A stretch of DNA of 64,000 bases from the NCBI GenBank assembly GCA_964035545.1, contig OZ037767.1, forward strand, positions 19,112,628 through 19,176,627. Reading direction: 5' to 3'. The translations under genes were made by a program, and so were the position numbers. The DNA comes from Bugula neritina. Lineage: Eukaryota; Animalia; Bryozoa. Positions within the stretch are counted from its first letter, which is position 1; each line of letters begins with the position of its first letter. A model generated the notes under the pieces. The model did not search any database. It saw nothing but the letters and a program-made list of their open reading frames with translations, and was not told the DNA's origin. Below, one piece after another: positions 53,617 through 64,000 of this stretch.

Positions 53617-56600
53617 TTAAACACATTGAGTTAAGGTCATGGCTGCTTTGTGTAGCAATGCGGAAGGCTTTGGTCTCGGTGGGGAAGGTATACCAGGGGT
53701 AACACATACTGAGTACCTCATCAAGCCATTCTGCAACATTAAAAGTAGAGTTATTACAATATATGATCTAACCAAACATAAGAAAATGGGATCTTGTGTC
53801 AGCTATTACCTAAAAAATTAAATCAAAAATTGTAAAATTTAACTTTTTTATAGTAGCATGTAGCAAATCTCCCACAGGTGAGTTGTGTGCAACGTGCTTC
53901 CTCCATACCTTATGAATTCTGCTCTTACTAAATTCATGCATTATAGAACATGAGACGAGCTTAGACCCCTTTTTTGTTGCTTGTGAATGTGGGCATATTA
54001 TAAAAGCAAAATAGCAAAATTCACCTGATCTGGGGGTTAAATCTAATTCTATATACTTCATCACGAAAATTGAGCGAGGTGCAGAGGGAGCACTGTGTTC
54101 ATATGCAATACATGTACAAGTTTTTGATAAATTAGGCATAGCATACTTAAGTTATACCATCTTTTAATTAATATAAAATTCAGCATATATCGATGTTATG
54201 AATAAACTAATAATCACAAAGTAAATATAATATAAAGCATTGTTTTATTTGTATCATGCAACATCTAACAATTGAAAGCCAGTAAACGACCTTGTAACCT
54301 TTACTTTTTCACAAATACTGAGCTTGTATCTCAAATACCAAACATTCCAAAATTAGGTGAGTATAACCCAACTGTTGATATATAATGTTTTGGTTTTCTG
54401 GATAATATTGTTTTAGTTCTACATATTCATCATGTGTTTCCAGTACAACTTATGACCTATTAAGTGTGTTCATTAGACACCAGGAAAAAGCTTGTGCACC
54501 ACCGGACTTTGTGGTATAGCCTATATAGTACTACAAACACTAAACGCAAACAGCTGATAATTTGTATAAAATACCACAAACATCACAGTCATAACTAACA
54601 TGATATAAAGTATAAAATAACAAAAAAAAATAATTTTTGACTTTCAATTTATATTTCAAGCTCGGATTAATGACACCCATTCCACTATCAAACCACATAA
54701 ACTAGAAAATACTTTGCTAATGCTACAACAGCAAAACTTTAAAACCACTTGCACTAAAAGTAGTAGATTAAACTTTTTTAATTTAATCGTTAATAAACTA
54801 TTATAATGTGTTCGCTGCACTTTTCTGCCTCAATATTTTTAAGGAAAGAATAAAACCTTCTTACCCAACAGTTTTGGTCCTGCACTACACAAGGCACTTT
54901 GCTAATCATAAAGGCACTCATGTGATAGATGATTCGAACATTGGCCATTTTTCTGTGAATTAATGAAGTGGTACAGAGCTGCCCAGCCTCTGTTAGAAAC
55001 TGAAAAAAGAGCTTAAGTAATTAAAAGGACATATTTTTACTGTCATACGCCATTTAAAAGAATGTCCAGTACAGAATAGTTGGACAGAGATTATCACTTA
55101 TAGTTTTAGGCAAACAAAATCCTTGTCTTCTCACATCAAATGTGTCAATATCTCCTGCCAAAATAAAAGTCTATAATATTTGTGAGTATATTTCTCCAAT
55201 AAGGACATATCATGTCCTTATTGGAGAAATATACTCACAAAAATTTTGGCGTTTGAACTGATAACCACGAAATATTAGTGTCACAAATTCTACTTTATAA
55301 ACTGTTACTGTATATATATATATCTCTCTTTTGTTAATTTAGCCTACACTTGTATGGCACGCAAGTCTATTGCAAGTATTAATATGCAATAATTGTTTAC
55401 ATTCTTAGTCACTGTTTATTGGCTAATGAATAGTGCCTATTCTACATGAGTCATGCACAGTGTAGAATTTGGTAGTATTTTCAAGAGTTTTTCTGTTTAC
55501 TATAAATACTGAGGCAGTTGTGTTTACAAGTCAGTTCATTTAAGTTCATTTTCATAAGTTCATTTTCATAAGTTCATCTATGCATATCTTGCTGGAGAAA
55601 TAAAGTCGACTTATATTCACAACTCTATTTACTCTCAACTGGATTAGCAAGCTGTATGCTACTTGTCTATACACTTTTGACTACCAGATTTTTCGAACTC
55701 GTTACACTGCTACCAACAGTTTTGTGACAATTAGTTTAGCTAAAATGTATAGCAATAACAAAACTTTGACTTTTGCAGCTAACAAAAGTTTACACATGTG
55801 TGTAGAAATTTCATATGAGTTTTATGTGATGAAATGACTGATATACCAGTGCAAAATTTTTTGTTTGTTTCAGCGTTATTACTTTTTTTGCAAATTAGTT
55901 TTTTCCACTTCCGCTTCTGCAAATGCTCTAAGCAGTAGACATATGTAGCTGTGGAAACAGAGCAAGCATTAAAGGTAAATGCAAGCGGGTCATTTTACTT
56001 AATTTAGTAGGCCTACACATTAAAAACCTCCAGTTTTTAGCTATTTTTCACAATTTAGCTGCTACTGAAGATGGGTTTTTGCCCAAAGTCAGTAAAATAT
56101 TAATAAATACACCTAAATAATCAAAGTTATTTTTAATTTTGCTTGATTTCCCATGTTAACTTATTTATTTAGGTAATTTGGATTTCGAACCGTTACAAAA
56201 AACCGTAGCGGCCCGCAATCAGAAATAGATAAATAAATAAGAAAAACATAGGAAGTCAAACAAAATTAACAAGAACCCAAATTATTTAGGTGTATTTATT
56301 AATATCTTACTGATTCTGAGCAAAAACCCATGTTCATTAGCAGCCAAATTGTGAAAAATAGCTAAAAACTGGAGGTTTTTAATGTGTACTAAATTAAGTA
56401 AAATAACCCAAGTATCACTAGCTAGCAAATGTTCACTTACACTAACAATACATTGTGTGTAGCAGGTATGTATATAAGCTTTCGCTTTGTATCAAAACTC
56501 ATTTGATGTACTCCCATGCTTCAATTGAACATATAATATAGCAGTGGTATTCAAACTTTCAAACAAGTTTTTTTGCAATTGCTTCAACCGGATAATGCTG

Positions 56601-57925
56601 TGTGAGTGCTCATTCGAACTTGTTTTTGTGTGTGCTTGTAATCCCTTCACCATGGAGACTAGCACAGCCATGAAAGCTTGAAACTATCCATCCAATCACA
56701 TTCACTCTATTAGATTAGATACCATATTACACTTACATGAGCTATGTCCCTATATGTTATCGACTCTGGTTTCTTCCGCCACATCCTATGATCCTCTAAG
56801 CGGTTGACAGTTTGGATAACTGTACCTTTGACATTGCTATCATCTGACTTCAGCACCATATCATCAGAAGCTACATTAGACAATCATTAGAAAAGCCTTT
56901 AATTACCTGATTGTTGAGACCACTAGTCAGCATCTGAGTTCTTAGAATGATATTCTAGTGAGAGAGAAAATCTTTACAACGCAAACATTTTGATTTTAGC
57001 AAGGCGCTTATATTCGGTGTAACTCCCTTGCACCAGAAAAGAACTTCGAAGAAAAAAATGCATAAACCAAACAATATTGCTTCAATTAAAGAATGCTGGA
57101 CTTGCTTACCCATAGAACACTTTTTTGCAGCCTTAAAGCTTTAAAGATGAATTATAAAAAGACAACTTTTTAAAGCTTTCCTGCCAGTTTGCCGTTACTG
57201 CTTAGGTTTTAAAGCATCTCCTGTAATATTGCCTACTTTTGCGATTTTAACTGATTGCAATGACATATCACATCAAGTGTTTCTGTCTTTTGTTTCATAT
57301 GCTGAATTATTTTTATTTTTTATGTTTTTAATTTTAATATCTCTAAATTGATTTTTAGGTCGCTAAATAGTTAAAACAATTTATATAAGACAAATGGCGC
57401 TGGCTCAACTTTCCAACGTGGCATTTTAAGTTGCCTACTATACTGGGGCACTGCATGTGTGCTAAAAACTTACAGGCAAAAAGTTAAAGCTCTATCTTAG
57501 TGATTAAAGTGCTTATTCATATAGTTTTAATGGACAAAGACAGCAACATGACCGATTTTCATGGTGCTAGTTTCTAGACTGACAATATATTTCTTTAAAC
57601 AGCAAATTTTTGGTTCGAAATTGTAGATCACTGTTTTTATTTTTGTCTACTCTTCCCCTTTATAATATTTTATAAAACTTAAATGTATTTTTCTGTACAA
57701 ATTCCACTAACCCAACAGCTCCAGTACTCCTACATATGCACCGCAGGTGTTTCTTATTGGCCCAAATTCTATTTCCACTGTTTCAAGTATGCAGCTGTCA
57801 ATTTTTTCATATATATCAGATGATTTTTCCAAACTAAAAAAGGATATGACCTGTATATGACATTCAATAAGATTACTATCAGTGATTAAACTCATAGCGG
57901 CTTTCATTGGCTTTAAAAATGACAT
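53617..57925 (-). CDS. Divergent Bcl-2-family (BAX-like fold) protein, about 198 aa, 4 coding exons
   Basis: Phase-consistent GT-AG exons 57925-57712, 56870-56737, 54999-54865, 53730-53617. The translation includes ITYRDIAHFLTEAGQLC...VRII...VVQDQNCW|NGLMRY. This resembles BAX BH1 to BH2 (NWGRVVALFYFASKL...IRTI...WIQDQGGWDGLLSY, from memory) with near-identical spacing and a phase-0 intron right after the BH2 Trp. Confidence 0.6.
55179..55241. repeat. Perfect 30-bp inverted repeat with a 3-nt loop
   Basis: TTTGTGAGTATATTTCTCCAATAAGGACAT-ATC-ATGTCCTTATTGGAGAAATATACTCACAAA. Confidence 0.93.
55987..56409. mobile_element. Foldback/MITE-like element with about 185-bp inverted arms
   Basis: GGGTCATTTTACTTAATTTAGT...ACACATTAAAAACCTCCAGTTTTTAGCTATTTTTCACAATTT matches the reverse complement of ...AAATTGTGAAAAATAGCTAAAAACTGGAGGTTTTTAATGTGTACTAAATTAAGTAAAATAACCC; no clear TSD. 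Confidence 0.7.
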
Positions 57926-58217
57926 TGTAGCTTAGAAAATGAAAGAAATACAGAATTATGCACTGTGAAAGGCACAGTTATGTTGACAGAATGTGTTGTT
58001 AGGAATCTCGTTGGTTATAGTGTGCTTGCTTCCAGGCTTGAGATCTCTGGTTTGAATCCCAAAAATTATTGTATCAGCTATTTTGGCCTTCAGTGTAGTA
58101 TAGTAGTACTCCGAGAGAGTTGAGTGGCCAGAGGAGCCCACGGCCTAAAGGATTAGTAGAGAGACCAGTGGAGTTCAGAGAGCTGGGTGGGATGCAGTGT
58201 TGAGATTACTCAGTATT

Positions 58218-58292
58218 TCCCCGCAGTATTGTCATTATTAGTACACCAGCTTTCCAAAGTGAAAGTTTTAGGTTCGAGTCCCAGTGGAGGTA
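58218..58292 (+). repeat. Degenerate tRNA-derived repeat
   Basis: B-box GGTTCGAGTCCCAGTGGAG, similar to the 3' ends of the other two copies. Confidence 0.45.
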
Positions 58293-59468
58293 AAAGTCTT
58301 ATAGTATGCATTTTAGTTAGCACAAGTTTTGCATTGTCATTCAAAATCTCAACAGGCAAATATTTTTATTGCTTAATGCATAAAACTTTTTAGCTAAGTG
58401 GAAACGACTTACTGATTTAACAGAAACTCTGCTACTATTTCCTTGATTGTAGGAACTTGGTGAATAGAGTTAGCAGGGTTTTCCATATCTGTGACCGTTT
58501 GCTGGTTTCAACTTTTCCCGCCAGCAGTATCAGCTCAATCAATCTATTTTCTCTAGTAACTTACAAATATGTGTAAACAATTTGTGGCATCTCAAATTTT
58601 TGTTGCTAGAAAAACAGTCATTTTTTCCCAAGCATATTGCTTTAATATAATACTTTTGTTATATTGTAATATATAGCATATATATTACAATAACATGACT
58701 TATATATAATTGCATTATTTATATAAAATATGTAAGAATAACATTAATACATTAATTGTCTCAACGTAATATTTTCAAATAATAGTGTAGAAACATTCAA
58801 CATTATAACAAAGTAATAGGAGCGCATCGTTGTGCTTGCATGCATGCATGTATGCGTGCATGTGTGTACGTGTGGTGTGTGTATCTGCGTGTGTGCTTGC
58901 ATGTATTCATGCATGCATGTGAGTATGTGTGCTTGTGTGTAGTAAATGCCACAGTCACATTGATGCTTTCATTATATCCTAATTTTCATATTATAATTAT
59001 CTTTTTACGCTTGAGAAAGCTGGCGTAGTATCATTTAGTTGCATCAGCTAATCGAATAAGGATTAGAAGCTCTATGGAGCAAGAAAGAAGAATAGCATTT
59101 ATTTTAGATAAAGATAGTACTCAATGTCAAAAAGTTTACTAAAGTTAATGAGTCTGTCAATTGAAAGTTGAAATTTTCACCCATCATTATTTCATTATTA
59201 AAACCGATCAGTATCTATGCTAATAAAAATGTATGATTTTTCACATAATTCTAGTTATGAATCATACTTACATCCTTCAAATTTACTTACAATCTCATAT
59301 TATATGCATTCATAAGCACCTCAAGCTCATTCTAAATTTAATCTGAAAAGGAAAAAGTTAAAATACTCACAATCTCCTTAAAGTCAATTTGAATCTAAAA
59401 CTATGCTAAATTATTGGCAAAGTGCCAAAGCATTGGTTGAACTTAAATTATGCTAGTCGTTCTATTCG

Positions 59469-60889
59469 TCAGTCAATAACTGTGTTCAGTATTGGAACAT
59501 AGTCAGCTTGGACATAGCTAACATCCGTAACACTTCTTTTACCACTGCTCCTTGAAGGCCTTTCGGGCTCCCTCATCTCTCTGTGAATGTGTCGTGAAAG
59601 TGTGACTATAGCTGTTAGACAGCACAGCCCGCTGATTGTAAACAGGGATTCCTGCGTCTGCAGCAGACTTCTACTATATGCTGCATCGCTGCCGGGCAAG
59701 CAAGAACCAGGGTACCTGGAGCACTGGAAATTCATCTGTGATATCCCTGCGTAATGGTATAAGTCTAACTAAAAACTTAAACAAACCTTTTTAGATGAGA
59801 AAAGTTGTACTCATACATGTATTTGAGGTTTTATTTCACTGCTTGCTTTAGAAGACTGTTTTTTCTTGAAATAGTTTGCTTTTAGCTTGGCGCAAAAATC
59901 ATAAATTCAACTTAAGCATTTGCTGCTTAAGGTCTTTTATTAATAATTTATACTTATAATATTTTGACATAATTTGTATAAGAAAACGATAAAAAAAATA
60001 AATTTTTGAGCTGGAAGTTTGTGTGAGAACTAAATATAGTGACTGGAAAAATATTCAATTATAGCATATATGATATCAATACCTGAAATCAACCCATCAC
60101 TACAACACTTGAAGGCTGATTCAAAACAATTTTACAACGCCTTGCTTATTGCGGCTTTATAATAACTCACCAAAAGCACATTGCCACATGAGAAAGATGA
60201 GTGTGAGTAAGTTCATGCTGTTAGAGATCAGAGTGAGTAGAATATTCAGGTCTGTTGTTCTGCATAATGTCAGAGCAAACATAAGACCACCAGCAAACAG
60301 ACATCCTCCTACAACAGACAGGCATTCATCAACAACAGATAGGCATTCGTCAACAACAAGTAAACATTCTCTTTGAAGAAGTATAGACATTCTTTCACAA
60401 AGAGTAGACAGACCCATCATCCTACGGCAAGAGCATGTACCACCCTCTAACCTACATATATTTACCATGCAATTTTGCCAAAGATTTGGTTTAATTTGAA
60501 GTATACTTAATGTTGCCTGAAGCAACAAACACTATGTTATTAGTTTCAGAATCTGAGGAATCATGGTTTCATTTTATTTAATAATTAAGTAGTTTTATAA
60601 TTTACACAAAAATGCACTCGCACGCAAGCACACACGCAAGCATACCCATGCTTATGTGTTTAGTATATTTCTGGTTTATTTTCTGATGAATGAATCAGAT
60701 TATTGTTTTAATCTTCTGTATTGTTAGGTTACACTTACCTTTCACGGCTACTTCCTGATGCAAAAGGCTAAAAGCTGAAGGTGTCCCAGGGGACTCCATT
60801 TTTATGATTACTATTTCAACTGAGATGATTACAATGCCTGCGGTTATTTGGAGGAGGCATAATATAATGTGGAGCCAGCCAATTTGCAT
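59469..60889 (-). CDS. Four-transmembrane protein (MS4A/CD20-like topology), about 188 aa, 3 exons
   Basis: Exons 60889-60739, 60308-60171, 59746-59469 join in phase. Four hydrophobic segments (LHIILCLLQITAGIVIISV; GGCLFAGGLMFALTL; ILLTLISNSMNLLTLIFLMW; LFTISGLCCLTAIVTL), two Cys in the second loop, and a charged tail with two Tyr. Confidence 0.6.
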
Positions 60890-61564
60890 TTTATATACTA
60901 AATATACTTAGCTGTGTTTTGTGCTGTACTAGTATGGGCTTGAAAAGTAGCATTAGTTATAGTAGTAGTGTAGTCAAAATGAAGAGGTAGGAGTGTGGGA
61001 AAAACGCCATGTGTGACACATATGATAGCTACTAAATACCACGTTGTAAGTTATCTGTGTTTTGTGAGATATAGTTTTAATTGATTCTAATAGTTTCAGG
61101 TACAACAGAGTTTTATCTTGCAGCTCGCAAACATTAGAAGTTATACTAGCTGCAAAAATTTAGGCTAAGTAAACACAAATATTAAAGAAAGCTTAAAGCA
61201 TGGCAAATACTCGTACTTTTGATAACAATGCCAATTTACTATTGCATTTGAGGAATAATTTTCATTGAGAAGGTTGCTCTGTCATCAAACTTAAATTACA
61301 AATAAAAAAAGAAAAGTTTGAATTTATTACTGTATTATTGATATTATATAATAACTGAATATAATATGATAACGAAATCCAAGAAGTAAGATATATGAGG
61401 TTGAACTCTTTAGTAGTAAATCAATAAACTTTAGATGCCTTAAAATTGTGTTGATTATTTATTAAAATGTTGCTTTGATTGAGCTGAATTAGTTCAGTTG
61501 AAGCCATAAATCTTATCACATGCGGTAATGTTGAGGGAGAAACAATGCACGCCCGAATATTATG

Positions 61565-63539
61565 TTAGATATCGGACTTTTCCTCCTTTGCTTCTGGTTT
61601 TTTCTCTGAGGAGCCCTTTACTTTCTTTTTTTTGGAAACTTGTGCTACGTCATTTCTAAAAAAGATTTTTTAATCGAGAAAATGTGTATATTGAATGAAT
61701 TTAAGTAACACACTTACCTTGAAGAGCAGCACCAACATAGTGCTTGTACAATTAACTAACATAATTATTCACACCTTACTGCAACATACTTTATAAACAG
61801 TATACCTGCATATAAAGTATCTACTTACGTAGGGGCATCTTAAAGTACCTAGCTACTTATGTAACTGTGTACATAATAGAACAATGTAATGTGCTTACAC
61901 AGAAAATTCATTTTTATATAACTATACACCTGTGTAATGTATTTATACACAATAAAATTGTTATATTGCACTATTATGTACTGTATCTAAACTGTGTAAT
62001 ACAGTACTTACAGGCTGCCCACTGTTTGGTCACTTCGGAGTCGGCCCCTTTTTGGCAGACTTTGCTTGTCCTTTTCACTTCCTTGGCTCCTGTATATTTT
62101 ACAAGCAATTAAAAGTCATCAAGAATATGTTTTATTAAATTAAACAAAAACGCTCTCCAGCCTTATTGCATTAAGTTTATAATTACTAATTAATTTTGAA
62201 TGTCTGTCATTTGACAATAGACAATCTTAATGCTTTTAAAACAACATTTTCATTACGAGGAAGAACGCAAATAAACAGGTTGAAGCTACCAATAGATTTA
62301 GGAATGGGCAATTATTCACTGCACGCTGACATAACGTACTTGCTGGCAGCTGGCGGAGATTTACTACGTCCCTTAGTGTGTTTCTTCTTTTTAGAGCCTG
62401 AAGAAATGGCTTTGGGTTTCTCTCGAGGAACATCAGCAGGATTGGTCACAGTGACTGACTGTACACTGTCTTCAGACTTCATTTTGTCAGGAGTTGTCAT
62501 CTCAGATTGACGGTAGAGAGTCAAGTTATCTAAGCTGAAGTCTTGGTTTTTCGTTGACTCCACTCCGGTGAAAGCAGCTCTACAGATATAGATCAAGTCA
62601 TTACAATTTACTCTGCTTGCATAAAATAATGTCTATAATAAAATACTAAAAGTACCAAGTTGGGAATCATTTTAATGTCAGTCATAAAGGCTTTTGTAAG
62701 GCAGAAATTTGGTATAATGAGAATAACGTTAAGCTCCAAGGGTTATAGGCTAATCACTAGAAGAAGGTTATAATGGCTAGTTTGTCTTGTAGAATAGTGA
62801 ATATGATTTTATTTATTGTTGATTATGATTCAGTGTAGAGATGAATTAATCATGCCAAGAAAAACGGAATACTGTCTTTAAAACCAAATTTAATTATTTC
62901 TAAATTATTTGGATTCATTATTTAATTTTATGACATAGTTTTGACAAAAAGTATTGTAAGCTGACACATGTTCATCAGCTGTTGAAAAAATTATGTGTGT
63001 GTACGTGTGTGCGCGTGCGCGTGCGCGTGCGCGTGTGTGTGTGTGTGTGCATTGTCTGTAATTAAATTTATAATGAGAGTAATGTTAAGTTTCAAAGATC
63101 ATAATCACTAGAAGAAGGTTAATGGGTAGCCATTTTGAACAATGATAACAGAACATGAAGTCACATGTTTTTATCGCATGCATACATATTAAGGAGATAA
63201 CATTTAGCGCTGAGTTAAGGTTGTTTAACATGGTTATAAGTTATAAACTAGTAATAAAAAAAGCAGATTAAACAAAATACATAGCATAATAATTCAATTA
63301 TGAAATTTACAAGATAGAAGCTAAATAATCATGCTTAGGTATTAAAGTAATCAATGAACAAATACTATACACAGTCGTTTTGGTGAAAACTTTAATTTGA
63401 TTTGCAAACTATCTTTTTTACTATACTTACGGTTGCGGCTTGAAGACATCTTTCATGATGTAGATTGCTGCCAATAGGTGGATAACGAGAAGTGTCACGG
63501 CATAGTATATCATTGCATCGTATTCAATCGTGACAATCC
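61565..63539 (-). CDS. 3' part of an uncharacterised membrane protein with a Lys/Ser-rich tail (5' end probably beyond the window)
   Basis: Exons 63539-63431, 62579-62340, 62089-62012, 61655-61565 join in phase: a TM segment (MIYYAVTLLVIHLLAAIYIM) then a low-complexity basic tail (SKKKKHTKGRSKSPP...SKKKKVKG...KSDI*). Confidence 0.65.
62994..63050. repeat. (GT)n/(GCGCGT)n microsatellite
   Basis: Direct reading. Confidence 0.9.
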
Positions 63540-63649
63540 CTACAATGAAATATCAGGTTATTGTCATACCTATGCTATTCATTATACAATGTTATCACAT
63601 AAAGCTCAGCTACTAGTGCATTATATGAATATTATATTACGCTTCATTA

Positions 63650-64000
63650 TATATACCACACTATAATATACACTATACTAAATACTACACAGCATACATT
63701 AAATACCCTATAATATAGGATAATATTATTTTCCTATATACTAGACTAAGTAGCTATACTGTATATTATACACATTATATGCTATGTATTTTAGAAATGC
63801 GCTACGAATTACTACACTATACTACAAACCCTATATTATACTACACTATACTACATACCCTACACTATAATATACACTATACTATACTACAGACACTGTA
63901 CTATTTGGTACACCATACACTATACACCATACACTATACACCATACACTATACACCATACACTATACATCATACACTATACATCATACACTATACATCAT
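63650..64000. repeat. TACAC/TATAC-derived simple repeat (15-bp unit CATACACTATACAC(C/T) near the end)
   Basis: Direct reading. Confidence 0.85.

Noticed and set aside
53639-53821. + strand 60-aa ORF MAALCSNAEG...
   Set aside because: Antisense to the last exon of the Bcl-2-like model, which has splice and motif support.
60309-60421. CLSVVDE repeat as part of the 4-TM protein
   Set aside because: The upstream acceptor at 60422 is out of phase with exon 1; the in-phase acceptor is at 60309, which leaves the repeat intronic.
62715-63130. About 60-bp duplicated segment (…TAATCACTAGAAGAAGGTTA…)
   Set aside because: Local intronic duplication with no sign of function.

Overview
AT-rich, intron-dense eukaryotic DNA, most likely from an invertebrate animal (species cannot be determined from the sequence). 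The first 50 kb holds two convergent (tail-to-tail) ZNFX1-like genes encoding a UPF1/SF1B helicase, NF-X1 zinc fingers and a RING-like domain. Copy A is on + (1033-27100, 5' end outside the window). Copy B is on - (49350-29419, about 1705 aa, complete, with an N-terminal RG/RGG tract and kappaB-like sites upstream). Both appear to stop before the C-terminal RZ finger of canonical ZNFX1, and they share a gene-conversion-like tract over the helicase core. An intron of copy A carries a very young full-length Ty3/Gypsy element (1524-8966, - strand). It has identical 305-bp LTRs, an ATAC TSD, a tRNA-Leu PBS and a -1 frameshift signal, plus an unusual third ORF (acidic region, two zinc fingers, coiled coil) where env would sit. 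Beyond 53 kb, manual exon assembly on - gives three genes the ORF track shows only in fragments: a divergent Bcl-2/BAX-like gene, a 4-TM (MS4A/CD20-like topology) gene, and the 3' end of a membrane protein. Also present are a nested solo LTR, a TA-flanked non-autonomous DNA transposon, a foldback element, tRNA-derived repeats, splice-junction minisatellites and microsatellites. All gene models were assembled by hand from splice signals and reading-frame phase, without transcript evidence or database searches.
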